Shown in pieces: positions 39,529-53,669 of a stretch of DNA of 64,000 nucleotides. Within the stretch, counting starts at the first letter, position 1; the number at the start of each line of letters is the position of its first letter. Origin of the DNA: the human T2T-CHM13v2.0 reference genome, Homo sapiens; assembly GCF_009914755.1 (NCBI RefSeq), contig NC_060944.1, one strand, 5' to 3'. The notes under the pieces are model-generated. The model had not been told where the DNA came from. It searched no databases and worked only from the letters and a program-made list of their open reading frames with translations. A program made the translations under genes and the position numbers.

Positions 39529-41538
39529 CATGTGCACGTATGTGCCCACACAGCATCTGAGAGTGATGTGTGGGACAGTGTCTCTCTGCAGTTGTGTCTC
39601 TCTGTGAGGATGAGGGTGGGTGGGCATGTGTATGAGTGACCATGGCTGGTCCCAGGACTAGCATCTATGGACCCATGGAGGTCTTTGTGCCTATGACTCA
39701 GCTGAGGTGAAGGATGATGGGGGAACAGTTGGTCCCATCAGTGGGAATGTCATGATTCACAGAAGTAGGTTCCGGGGGACCGGGAAGGAAGGATCTGCTC
39801 TGTCTTGAAGAGTCAGGAAGGGCTGCCTGGACGAAGGGGCATTTGCTACATGGAACCTTCCTCCTGAGTCTCTCATGGGCTGGACCTGGAAACCCCTGTT
39901 ACCACCCAGTCATATTTATTCTGTCGTCCCCAGAGCAGTTTGAGACAGGCCAAGCAGCATGATGGGCTGAGGAGTTAACCAGCCTCTTCCCCCGAAATAC
40001 AAACACAAACCCCCCACCAAGCCCTGTGTTCATAGGAGGAGATGGGAGTAACCAGGACAGCCCCTGGCCACCTCTGACTCCTGGACTTGGGGCTCTTGAG
40101 TACTGCCTGGTGGGTGTTTCCCTGCTGGACTGACCTGATTTTTTATGCACAATGCAGAACAGAACCCTGTCCAGAGTTGGGTACTGCCCCTGTGACCAGG
40201 GCTGGTGTGGGCAACCGAGCTTGACTCTGTACCTCTGGCCTGGAGGCTGCAGTGCCTGAAACCCACTTCTATCACCACCTCTTACTGCTGTATGATTTGG
40301 GACAAGCCCTTTGAGCAACGTGAGCCTCAGTTTCCTCATCTGTCAGGTAGAAATGATTATTTCCCCCATACCTCAGTCATTGATCCTTGGTAGCTGTGCC
40401 TCAACCACATCACTAAGCCCTCTGAGGTTCAGCTTGCTCATCTGTAAAACAGGGACAATAACAGCAAATGAGATCACGTGGAGAAAAGCACTTCAAAATT
40501 TAAAACTTATCTGGTGCTTGAGAGAAATCACCTGTGAGATGGAAAGACTCGGCCAGATTTTCAATTCTTGGCTCCATCTGCAACCCTGGCTGGCATTTCT
40601 TAAAGGATGCAGGCCTCTGGGTGTTGCTTCAGTGGCCAAGGAGGCTCAGACAGAGAGCTCCAGGACCCCAAGGACAGGAAGGCCCATGGACGGAGTCTGC
40701 CGGTCAGAAGGCACCGGCCCGTGGCTCCCTGGAGCTGCACAGCAATGATTCAGGAAAAGGCTGACAAGGATATTAGCAGCATGGGTTTTTTTAATCCTGA
40801 GTCCAGAGAAAATGCACAATCAGGAATAAAGGCGCCCAAGAGAGCAAGGAGAAGGAGAAATAATCAGAATTAGCCAGCTGGCGGGCAGCACAAACAGGGG
40901 ATATGCAGCCCCAACAGGGTTGGAGCCTGTGCAGGACCAGCTGAGGAGGTGGCCACGGATTGGGCAGGCCCAGACAGGCGCATGAGGGAACTTGGGCTGG
41001 CTGGAGCCCAGCAAGCAGGCAGAAGGGAAGACAATAAAAGAAGCCATCATCAGGTGAGTCCAGCACCCTCGGAGGCTGCCGTGGGCCCCCCTGGCCACAA
41101 GGCAGTGGAAAGGGTGCTGCCAGAGGGCTTCAGTGCTCTGCCCCGCATTGTTCACGAAGCTCTGGATGTGGACGTCGGGTTTCAGAGCGGCCAAGAGATT
41201 GCCCAGATCCTGTAGAAAGGCTGCAGAAGCCTCTGCAGGCAGCAGGCCTTCACACCCCCCTCCCTCGAGGCTGAAACCAGACTAGGATGACAGAGTCCAT
41301 GGCCCTAAAATTTCACTGGGGCTCTCTCCCTGGCAGTTGGACAGGGTGTATCAAGGCATTTAGGGAGGTGATCCCAGGGCCTGCTTTAAGAACAGAAAGG
41401 AATGGATTTTGATGAGCTGGGGCAGAGAAATCCATTTCCATGGGCAATGGAACTGATGTTGTTCCTAACTGAAACCTGCTTTTCACAAATCATTTAGACT
41501 ATCAGATGGCTTAAGAAAAAGCCCTGGTCCTGAGAGTG

Positions 41539-41539
<1 letters not shown>

Positions 41540-41578
<39 letters not shown>
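41540..41578 (+). repeat. (GT)19 microsatellite
   Basis: Read directly. Confidence 0.95.
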
Positions 41579-41580
<2 letters not shown>

Positions 41581-41589
41581 TGGGAGAGG

Positions 41590-42800
41590 GCAGAATTAAT
41601 GCATCCACCCTTGATTCCACTGCAGATTCCAAATTAATGGAGTATAAATTAATGACAAACGTGTGTGGCGTCCTGGAAGCCCAGTGCTACTGTGACACCC
41701 CCTGATTCTGGGTCCTCAGGCAAAGTGCTTCCCTGAGCTGCTTTCCTACTAATCTGATATAGAGGAATGGGAATGCATGTCCCCAAATCCCCCTTGCCAT
41801 GGCCGGGACCACAACATCCATTCAGTCCAGCTTTTTTTTTTTTTTTAACCAGGAAAGGCCTCAAATTGAAGATTTGACAGTGTCGGCAATAATTATACAG
41901 AATTAAATTGTGTGCGTGTGTTAAAAGCATTCATTGGCTAAATGTAATATTTATTACACCACAATTTTGATAATACCATTTGCGCCTATTTTTCTGTGAT
42001 ATTTAATATTCCAGAAGCATAGATAAATAAAGGAATCAGGACCTCTCTGACCCTCTAACCTCTGATCCTCATTCCCAGTTCTTATCATGTAGGTTCCTTT
42101 CACTGTCACTTTGAGGTAAATTGGGATCTTAGGATTCAGGAGAAGCCTAGAAGGAGAAGAGGGTTACTTCCCTTGAGCACTGCTGATGGTCCATATCTCT
42201 CTGTTAAAAGCTGTAAATTACACTGACTGACACGGAGAGCCCGGCAGACGTTCCCGAGAACTACCGCAAGCTCTCGGCATTACTCTCTCCCATCAGAGCT
42301 GCACTGTCTCTGGGTCCGTAACTGAGCAAACACCCTCTTGCATTTGTACGCCTCTCCTGGGTGCCAGGTCAAGGCAGGAATCACCTGGACCTCTCACCTC
42401 CCCAGCCCACTCTCCATGGGTCATCTATATGAACATCAAACCCAAATCACAAGCCCCCAAATTTAATTTATTTCTACCTAAACAAGTTCTTTTATCATAA
42501 AGCAATAAATTTGTCTTGGTGCTAGCAATTTGTTGCGGGTGACATAACATTGCAAATTGATTAATCGCTACTGTACGCAGCAAAATGAGAAAAGCAAGGA
42601 ATTATTATGAATAGCGTCCGTCTTTTACGGGAGGGATTCATTATTCAAAAGTGCTTGCTGGTGCTTACATGTGCCCTGGGTGCAGATTACATCCATTTGC
42701 AGACTTCCCACATCATGCTTACACAAATCAACAAACGTGCATTTATTAAGACGTAGAATGAAAGCTATTTAAAAGTGAAAAATGGCCTTTTGCATTACTT
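41590..42800. promoter_or_regulatory. Candidate conserved non-coding enhancer(s)
   Basis: Repeat-free, dense in TAAT motifs, with PBX-HOX and MEIS-type motifs. Confidence 0.45.
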
Positions 42801-44691
42801 TTCTTCAAGGAAGGCAAATCTGGGTGGGATGTTCCTGGGACAAGTCCCCACAGTTGTCACATGAGTGTCTCTGGGTTCTATGCAATCTGGCTCATGCAGG
42901 TGCCAACAAATCTGCCTGCTATGCCTTTGACAGTCCCAGGATCAGAAATACCCCACCAGTGATTTTGCAACCCTTGCTATGGCTCAGGAGACTTAAGCAA
43001 TTGGCTGTCACTGCCTGCTGGGGAAATGCAGCAGAGAGTTCTCAGTTCTCCAAAAATGAGCCTCCTTAACTTCCCCTGGGAGGGGGAAAGGAAATGAATA
43101 TTAATTGAGTATCTATTCTGTACCAGACACTATCCTGAATGCTTTCCTTGCATTAATAAGGCAAGTCCCTCTACCTCCCTAAACCTCATAGGATTGTTGT
43201 AAAGACCAACTGAAATAATGTGTGCACATAAAGCACATAGTAAATGCTCAATATATATTAGCTATGATTGCTATTATAATTTCATTTAAGCATTCCTAAG
43301 GTCAGTATTAGTACCATCATTTTACAGATGGGAAAACTGAGGCTTAGAAAGATTTCAAGATTTGCCAAATCACACAGTCAGTGAGCAGGGCTGAGCTTCA
43401 ATTTAGGATCTGCCTCCAACAATTCATTTTTTTGCAAAACCACCCCCACAGCTATCCTTGACAGTCAAAATAAGATGTATTTGCTTCCTCTAATCCAACA
43501 GAGGAGTCCACACACCAACCACACATTAGCTACCCACTCTTTGCCTTCAGGTGTGTCAGAGGGGACATTTGAGAGGGTCTGGAGATTTCACGGCCTTCCC
43601 CATCTCTGCCCCTAGCTGTTCCCGCATAGGTAGAGCCCTCATCTGTCTCTGATTCTTGTCCCTTACTTCTCTATCTACTTGTCCCGTTACCAAGGACACT
43701 TCCAGAAGGAAGCTTGTTGCCTGCCCCAGTGAAAGGCTGACGGGCGGCTCACAGCTTCAGCATTGATTATTCCTGCTGAACTCATGCTCTGCTTAAAAAT
43801 AGACTAAGATCTCAACTTTCATATTCTAATTAGATTTCAAAGCGACTTTTATAAAATGAGAATGCCTTCATTGTTTTTCTGCTGCATAAAGGGCTATTAA
43901 CCGCTCCCCAGCCAAGCTAAAGTCCTTTCTAATCCCTGATATCACCCATAAGATGAGAATAGTTACTCATCAGCTTCCGAGAAAACCGTACTGAACCACA
44001 AACCTGTCTCCAGGTGTCCAGAATCCAGGGGTGGTCGGGTTAGAAGCCTGGGCATGTAGCTCAAGCTGAGAGTTGGCCCCTGTGAGCATATCTCACAAGA
44101 CTACATTTCACCAAGGGTCTTCCTCCAACCACCTGCCCTGAGATCAACCCGGGGCTTATATGATTCTGGGCATCCCCGAGATCTGCCAGACTCATCTGGT
44201 TGTGTGGCCTGGCAGTCTGTTTGACAAACTCCCTGTAAGATTTGTTTGCACACTAAAATTTGTGAACTATCATCCCAAGTATTTCTCAAACCCCATGCCC
44301 AGTTTTTTATGCCACCAAATTGAAACATTGATTATTGCAAATTCTGGTTGACTTACAAATATCCTTCCTCAATGAAGGGGAGATATGACCTAAGAAGGAA
44401 CTTGCTATTTTGAGGCCCAGTTGACTCTCTTCCTGTCAGCTGTCCCCACCATAGTCCCACAAGGCATCCTTGGGCTCCTAGCAAGACCAGGGTACCCAGG
44501 CTAAATTAGGCTGTGAGTCACTTTTTGCATAGTCTGGGGGGCAAGAAAAGACCAGATGCCCAGACATGATGGAAGTGACAAGGACATCTCTATGCAATTC
44601 TGGGCTCTGTTTACAACAGTCAGAGCCCCAAGCTGTCAAGTACCTCTGTCCCAATTGTTATCACAACCTGTCGTCTTATGTGCCCTTGAGT

Positions 44692-44866
44692 GTAGTTGTT
44701 CTCAAACCTTAACATCAGAATCACGTGGAGGCTTGCTAAGACATAGATTGCCGGGCCTCACCTCCCAGAGCTTCTGACTCAATAGGTCTGCTGTGGGGCC
44801 TGAGAATTTGCATTTCTAAAAGTTCTCACATGCCGCTGCTGGTCCAGGGACCAGACTTTGAGACTC
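44692..44866. mobile_element. MER5A (hAT-Charlie)
   Basis: ttctcaaac...catcagaatcac...ggggcctgagaatttgcatttctaa...gaccagactttgaga. Confidence 0.8.
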
Positions 44867-45989
44867 TAGACTCTAAGCTCCATGTTATATCTCCAGTGTT
44901 AAGTACATAATAAGAACTCAATTTGTGTTTGCAGAATGAATGAATGAATGAGTAAATGATTGAGTAAATAACATGAACTACCTTCTTGAGCTCTCTAACT
45001 GGGACTCCTCACTCCACTCCACTTCACTTGTGGTTATCCAGCATCTGCTGGACATCTGTAAAAGCATCCAGGAGGTGTATGTGTCCTGGGGCCAGGACAG
45101 GGTTTGTGGTTTCTCATACCAACAAATAAAAATATGGCTTGCTCAGGAGGTCAGAAAGCTATGCAGGGAGTGAGGTATCCCATCCTGGCCTTGATAAGGG
45201 TAATGGTGACTCTTACCACCTCAAAACACTGGCCCATAATGTCCTAGGTGGGTGACCTCAAGCTGGGCCCTCAGACTCCAAAGAGTCTCCATTTCCTTAT
45301 TCATGAGGTTGGGCATGGATAATTGTCTTCAGGATAACTGTGCCGATTCAATGAGGCTATACATGAAAACAGTTCAACAGTGTCTGTCTGGCACATGTGG
45401 GGGGCTTGGTCGATGTCTGTTCCCTCATTCATTCCCCACAACCCCTGACTCCTGTGAAATGAGTCCCAGAGATGTTTCGGGAGTAATGAATTCCCTCATT
45501 TCAGCTAAGCCACCCGTGATCCTGGTTTTGTAGAGATGTACGATGCAACATGATAAATTATTGTTTTAAGCAGAGGCTTCATTCAAATATCCATTTCCCT
45601 GTCAAGTTAATTTTGTTTGGATGTATTTTCTAGCGGGTTCTGACTGGGAGCACGGTTGGTACATAAACAGAAGAACATTATGTCTTTGGCCCGTTCTCTG
45701 AGTGACAGGGAGCTGATGGCACCGGGGAGGGAAGTTTTGTGGATTATCACGGCCAAGAATCCCCATTCCCCAGACATACTAAGTTGGTGGCATAGCTCTG
45801 AGGGCTAATTGTAGTCAGTTCACCTCTGTCTGCAGAGCATAGCAGCACCTCATCTCTCCTCAAATGGCTGAGTTCCTCTAGGAGGGGCATATTTCCTAGG
45901 AACACCCAAGAAGGTAGCTTTGTTTGTATCAGTCTCTAGTTAAGCCAGGAGCCAAGGCCTTGGCTTATCTCATTTCCCCCTCAGCCCCA

Positions 45990-46790
45990 GAAGACTTCAG
46001 GGTGAATTTCCCAAGAACAAGGACATTTTCTTACATACCACAGTACCATGATGGAGATAGGGCAATTAACATAGATGCAGTACTGTTATCTAGTTCACAG
46101 TTTATATTCCAATTTTGCCAGTTCTCCAAAGAATGCTCCTCATAGCCATTTATTTTCTCAGTTTAGGGTCCAATTCAGGATCACTCTTTTGAGTCCTCCA
46201 TTCTGGAACTGTTCCCTAGCCTCTCTCTGCCCTCCATGACCTTGACATTTTTGCAGAGTTCAAGCCAGTTATTTCATAGAAGATAACTCAGTTTATGTTT
46301 GTCTGATGATACTTCATGATTAGATTCCAGTCACGCATTTTTGGCTTACATAACACAAAAGTGATATTGTATCCTTCTCAATGTGTTCTACTTGTCCCAC
46401 TGGTGATGTTGACTTCAATCACTTGGTTAAGGTGGTCATCCCTGGTTTCTCCACCATAAAAAGATTATTTTCCCTTTGTGATTTATCAGTGATTTGTGGG
46501 AAGATACTGTGAGATGATATAAGTATCCTTGCACTTGTTTTAGTCTCTATTGATAATTCTTGCCTAAATCAATTATACTAGGATGGTTGCAAAATGGTGA
46601 TTTTTCCAAATCCATCACATCTTCTACATTTCTGAGTGACATTATACTGTAAAGGAGAGTGTTCCCTTCTCCCCATCTATTTATGTATTTATTTATTTAT
46701 CGCTAACACTATGGGCTCAGAGATTCTTCTTTTATTCAATGTGCTATAATCCCTATCATTGCTACCATTGTTTGATGCTTCAGTTGCATG
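45990..46790 (-). mobile_element. Old L1 (L1MC-type) 3'UTR
   Basis: aagaacaaggacattttcttacatac...catgaccttgacattttt...ttcaatcacttggttaaggtgg. Confidence 0.7.
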
Positions 46791-49239
46791 ATCTCATTGA
46801 ATCCTCATGACAATTGGGTGGTATGGCACTATTATCAGAGACGTCTGCATTTCCACCTTAGGTCCTGAAGCTATGTCAGCAAGGCTCTGATTCCCAACTC
46901 CCAGACCCAGGCTCTGTCCTGGAAACACTGCCTTCCCTGCAGGGCTCACATAGGAAGACAAGAGCCCACACATAATGTCACCAAGCCCAGACTTCCCACT
47001 AAGCACCATGGGAACGACCCTACAGGATAGAAGAAGCTTGACTTCCCTAGCGTTCTCTTGCTCTGTCTGAGGCAGCTCAGCCTGGAGGCACAGAGGCAGT
47101 TATACTGGGCTGTCTAGTGACATGATGTCCCCAGTGACTCTTGACACAAGCTACTTTTTGTAACTGACTGGATGATGAGTTTGGCCACTCCTAAATTCAT
47201 CATTTGACAAATATTTGCTGACCACCTACTATGTGCCAGGCCCTAGGCTAGCCTGGATTTACAGCAATGAGCAAGTCAGATGAGGTTCTTGTTCATGGAG
47301 CTTGTATTCAAGTGAAATAAACTGTAATCAAATGATCCCCCAAACAAATATATGACAACAATAGGGATGAGGCCTATAGAGGAAAGAATAATTATGATGA
47401 ACATCCCCAACAGGGGGATTTGACCTTGTTTCGGACATGAGACAGCAGATTAAAGTAAGTGGTTTAAAACACACTGTTTGAGACCATTACTCAAAGTGGA
47501 GAAAAGGAAGCTGAGACTCAGAGAGGTTAAGTAACTTACCCAGGGTTGCACAGTATTGGAGTCCAGACTCAAATCCAGGTCTGCTGACTCCTCAGCCCAA
47601 CACTGGTGCAGCTCTTCCACCAAAGGGGTTCCTTAAGGGTCTCCGGTGATTCCGGGCATAGGGCCCATGTCCATCTGTTTGTTCAATTTAGCATACTTTG
47701 TTTCCACTGTGATGCTGTGAGGTCTTGCTAAGGACAGCCAGGGGAAAATGACTTTCTGATAAGCCCAAACATTCTCTAAATCAGTTTTGATTTATTTTTA
47801 AGGACTAAAGCCAAGAAAACTGAATAAGCCTCAATATTAAAACAAGGCAAGTGAATGTATGCCCATCACTGGACATCAGAGATCTGTAACTGTGCATCAG
47901 GCTGTGAGCTAAGCATAGAGGGAGGCTGAGAGTCACCCAGGTAGGTCCAAGGCCAGAGCCCATGCTCTTAACCATAGCACTGGGCTACCTCCCTGGAGAT
48001 GTCTGGCTGGCTGGCTGTCCATCTGTCTGTCTGTCTGTCTGTCTAGGAGGCTGCAGGCAAGTCCTTAGCCCTGGGAGCGGCAAGGCAAATTCCAAGAAGA
48101 AGAAAGGATGCCCATGCCTGCCCCTGCTGCTCAAGGAATCAGGAAGAGTCGAGGTGGGGGCAGCTCAAGCTCATGCCTGCACCCTGCTACACACCCACAC
48201 CAACACCCCCAGCCTCCAGGTCTCCTCTGGCTGGCCTTGGCAGGTCCTGGCTTGATACCTGATCCCTGTGGAAGCTGACACCTCAGCATGAGAGGGATCA
48301 GGGCAGACACCGCTGCCGCCACGGGAGCCTCAACCGACTTCAGGGAGAGACGCTGAGGACACTGGCCTGAAAACTGTTCCCTCTCACTCCACACTCAGAG
48401 AGATGCATGTAAAAATTCTTATATATAATAATAATAATGGCAGGAAAAGAAAAAGTTTCCAGTTAAGTGACTTGACTGAGTTTACACAGCTGGGAAACTG
48501 GACTCAAAATCCAAGTCATATGTTTTCAGAGTTTATACATTTAACCTTTTCTTCAACAAGCCATCTCCTTGTATAATCAGGTAAATATACTTGTTCAGTG
48601 CCTGGTACATCATAGGTTCTCCATAGGAATTTGTTTAATGACCACATGTAAATATATGTATATCTGTGTTTGTGTGCGAGTGAAGGTATCTGTGCATGTG
48701 AGTGCACATCTCTGTGTATGAGTGAAGGTGTTTGTGCACGAGTATACATGCCGGATTGCATGTAATGTGGATGTCTTGAGTCCTGAAGTTATTACAGAAG
48801 ATTCATTAAGATCAGGAACAAAGATGCATGATAGTCCTTTTATCTCAGCTCTTGTTTATCTCACGCTTTCCCCTCTGGAAACAGAGAAGAGCATAAACAC
48901 CATTCCATTCAGCTTTAGGATAGGGAACTAATAGCCAAAAACCCACTTGAGGCATGACATGATTGGCAACTTGATGGAACTAAAAGACCACAGCTTTGGA
49001 GCCAGACAAACCTGCTTCATCTCCTGGCTCCACCACTTAATGGGGCTTAAGTGACCCCGGGCAAGTCACTTCACCCCTCTGAGCTGCTGATTCCTCACCT
49101 GAAAATGGACATGATAATACCTACAGTGTGGTTATGAGGATTCAGTGTAGGGAAATTTCCCAGCACAGAGAGTCTGATAAATAGCCGGCTCTTGGCATAC
49201 CTTAGGTCCCTTCTTTCTCCTTAAAGACAGTGTCATAGT

Positions 49240-49565
49240 GGTCATCTTAGTACATTTGTGCTGCTATAACAGAATGTCTGAACACAAATTATATAGACCA
49301 GAATTATATATGAACAGAAATTACATAGAACAGAATTAAATAGAACAGAAATTTTTTCCTCACATTTCTGGGGGCTGGGAAGTCCAAGATCAAGGCACCA
49401 GCAGGCTTGTTGCCTCATGAGGGCTGTTCTCTGCATCTAAGAGGATGCTTTGATGCTGTGTCCTTCTGAGGGGAGTGTTCCTGAGGGGAGGAACACTGTG
49501 TCCTAACATGGCTGAAGGCAGAAGGCTGGACACTGAGGGAAGTCTTTTTTTACAAGGGCCTTATA
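49240..49565 (-). mobile_element. MaLR LTR (MST/MLT1A-like) fragment
   Basis: cttagtacatttgtgctgctataacagaa...ggctgggaagtccaagatcaaggcaccagcag. Confidence 0.75.
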
Positions 49566-49603
49566 AGCAAAAGGAAAACTATAGTGTCTTGGCACCAGTA
49601 GAA

Positions 49604-49785
49604 TGATGATTCTCAACCTCAGCTGCATATTGGAGTTCCTGGGGAGCTTGAAAAAGTCCTTTGTCTTCTCTCCCCCACCTCCCCAAGAGGTTCTGATTCA
49701 ATTTGCCTGAAAGGTTGCCTGGGAATCAAGGCTTTTAAAAGCTGCCCAGGTAATCCTAATGAGCAATCAAGGTTGAGAACCTCTT
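49604..49785. mobile_element. MER5-family element
   Basis: gattctcaacct ... aggttgagaacc terminal inverted repeats. Confidence 0.75.
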
Positions 49786-49991
49786 GTCCATAGGGCCTCT
49801 CTACCATTTATTGAGCCGCTCATGGGGTCAGACCTTGGACAGCCTGCTTTGCAGCCATTCTGCTTGGAGTTTGCTTTGTCAGCTTAAGCCATGGCAGAGG
49901 GAGGAAGAGGGAGAAACTTACACCATCTAAGGCTAAAATCCTCTTATTTAAATTGGAGTCTGAATTTCCAAATCAAAACTGGAGATTCACA

Positions 49992-50122
49992 AGATAAATA
50001 AGTGCTAGAGATCTGCTGTACAACCTTGTCCCTTCAGTTAACGATACTGTATTATACACTTAAAATTTTGTTAAGAAGTTAGATCTCATATTATGTGATC
50101 TTATCACAGTAAAATAAAAATT
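49992..50122 (+). mobile_element. L1MA-type 3' end
   Basis: ctagagatctgctgtacaac...tatacacttaaaattttgttaag...agatctcat...aaaataaaaa. Confidence 0.7.
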
Positions 50123-52092
50123 TTTTAAACCCTCAAGACTCTTAGTCTAACCATTTTTTCTAATTTGTAAATGCATTAATATGCAAAGTGTTTTAAGATA
50201 TAAACATGTCTTAGATATACATTTAGCTAAATGACCTTGCTAAAATAAATAAAAACCATTCGACCCACTAATATTTAGTATGTGCTATGTGCCAGACATT
50301 TTACCTGCGATATTCTCTCAATAATTGCTACTCACTACACCCTCTGAGTGTGCTGGGGCTGGTAAGGATGGTTATGTAAAAAATGCAGTATTTCCCACCT
50401 TTCAGACTTAAACTCCTAGTCTTTTATACATAGGCCTCTCCACAGATTTCTGAGTCATTTTGGAATTTGCATGCAAAATAAAAGCTTCCTACATAATTGA
50501 AATTATGGTCAATTGACCATGAAATGGAAGTGTCCGTGACCAATGAGGTGAGGGGAGGTTGTTGTGCTCATAAATGGGGCCTCCAGAGCCCCAGGGCCAG
50601 TTCCCTGGCTCTGGGAGAGAAGCCCACCTGAATCCAGCTTGTTGTCCTGGCCAGCCCACTGCCTTTCCTTGGTCCCTCTCTCTGGTGTAGCTCCAATAGG
50701 AGACATTCTGCTGTACTCTTTTCTGTCTTGGTTGAGAAATCCTCTAGAAGAGGGCAATTGGAGCAGAAATGTCCATATGGAAATATTTTCCTTTCTCAGG
50801 TGATGGTTTTGCAAGAGAAGGAACTGATGAGCCAGACTAGGGTGTAGGATACCCAGAGAGAGAGAGTGGGAGAGGATGCCAGAAAAGTAGATGCAGCCCA
50901 ACTGCAGATAACTTTTGGGATGCATTGAAGAGCCATCAAATGCATTGAAAGGGAAGTTATTTTATATAACCTGCATTTTACAAAGATCACTCTGCAAATA
51001 GGATTTGAGGGGAGCAGATGGAGGCAAGGAGCCCAGCCAGTCAGCTTCAATGACAATCCAGCCAGGATGTCATATTGTCATGAACAATAGCCATGGGATG
51101 AAGGAAAAAAGAAGGTAGAAGACTCGGAATGTGACTAATAGGGACACAAAAAAGCGAAAAGAACATGTGCTATGTAATAGCTAATATCACAGCCCTGTTA
51201 GAAGGTACTGTTATCATCATCCTATTGAAGGGGAAACTGAGGATCAAAGAGGTTACATGTCTTGCTAATAATTGGTACAGCCAGGAATGAAATATAGGTC
51301 CATATGTATTTCTATGTTAATAAATAGGTAAAATATTAAGGAGGGGACAAAATTTTGCTCTGGTCAAACTATACTCAGTGTACTGCATTCAGATCCAGAT
51401 CCCTACTTTAAGGAGAAACTTTGATTGGTTAATGGAATATATAGAGAGAAGAGTGATGGGGCAGTCATGGAGCTGAAAACTGTGTTGTGTAAGATGAAAG
51501 TTCTGGGGCATACACCTGAAAAACAGCAGAATTGGATGGCATGTGATGCTGTGTTCAAATATTTTGGGTCCTTCTGAAGCCCAGGGAGTGAGCAGAAGGA
51601 AAGCTCTGCATGAGTCAGCAGGAGCCAGAAGAGACATGTTTTAAACTTAGGTCTTTGTCTTGAAGACAATGGGAAGCCATTGACAGTGTTAAGCAATCAG
51701 TAACATGTTTTCATTTTGAAAAGATCATTCTTGGAGGTGGATCCAAGAACACCTTTTTTGATAAATTGTATGTTTCCTTCATATGTATTCCAGAACATAG
51801 CCTGGTAAGTTTATTACCTAGGATTTTCTATTTTTTGTTATTGAAATAAAATCTTTGTCCATTATATTTTCTAACTGGTTGTTGTTTGAATTTTGGATAA
51901 ATTTTTTTTGTATATTTATTCCATATTCAGCCTCCTTAATGAACTCTTTTTATTACTTCCAATTCTGGTTAATTCTGTTAAGTTTCTGAAGATGATAAAC
52001 ACACCTTCTGAAAGTAATTATAATCCTCTCTTTCAGTAGTTACAAGTTGTAATTTTTTTCTTGTCTCATTGCACTTACTAGAATTTCTAAAA

Positions 52093-52198
52093 CAGTGATT
52101 CTCAACATAGATTTGTTATTCTCAAGCAGGGATGATTTTGCCCCCTAGGGGGCATTCAGTAATGTCTAGAGGTATTTTTGATTATCACAACTGGGGAA
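52093..52198 (+). mobile_element. MER20 5' fragment
   Basis: cagtgattctcaac...gatgattttgccccctagggggcattcagtaatgtctagag...tcacaactgggg. Confidence 0.7.
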
Positions 52199-53326
52199 AT
52201 GAGGCCTCTCGTGGATAAGGGGCATTCTTAATGTCAATGAAAATGCCTTTTGTATTTAACTAGTATCTATGGCTTTGGCTGTTAGTGTAAGGCAGAAATT
52301 TTGATGAGTAGAGACTTTAAGCCCATATTAATTAAGATTTTTAAAATCAGAAGTACATATGGAGTCTTATCAAATTATTTTATAATTTTCATCAAGATGA
52401 TAATATTGCTTTTTACATTTGTCCTATTCTTACATTATAATAGTTGACTTCTTGGCTCCACTGACATTACTTTAGAAAATCATTGACCATTGTTAAATAA
52501 GCATATCTCTGCTGTTTCTCTCCCTGTAACACACTGTAAGGAATTGCCCATGTGAAAAGCAGCTTGATTACAAATTAATGCCAGTAATTTGGAGTGTCTG
52601 CCCTTGTGGATTTCAATGGGGACTCATATATGAAGCTACCATTTGTTTCCTCTGAGTTGTAACGGCTAAATATGGATACCATGAGCCTCTCGTTGCCCTC
52701 AGCTGCTCTGAAGAATGACTGATAACCTCTTTGAGGTCTGTCTAGATTCTCACTCCCACAAAGTGATTTTTTTTATACACCACAGAAACAGACAATATTA
52801 GGGCAAACAATTTCAAACACACCCTCACAATTTGGGGGAAATTCACTCAGGCATGTTTGCATGACACAGTAAAAAACAGAAACTTAATTTTTAGTATAGG
52901 TTTCCTAATATTAAGCTATCTTTCAGTCCTGAAATAATTGTGTGCTCATGGTGAATTATTATCTTAAGATTGGACTTAGTATCCTAAATTTTTTTTAAAT
53001 ATACAACATTCTTACTACATTCAAAAGTAAGAATGGTCTCAAGTTTTCTGTCTTTATATAATTTTGGTATGAAATTATAAGAATTTTGCTATCCCTTTTA
53101 TGTTCTAAAGCAGTTTATCATGAAATTTAAATATTTATATTATAACTTAGAAAAGATGTACCTATAAAACTACCTGGTTATTGGTTTATCATTCTTAGAA
53201 ACTCACTCTGTAAAGTTAAATACCCCCTTTCACTTCCAATGTTTTGTAGTAATATTTTGACCATCTTGCTAGTTGTGCAAGAGATTTTATTGACATCTGT
53301 GGAACTTCTCTTGCGTTTAGTTGTAA

Positions 53327-53669
<343 letters not shown>

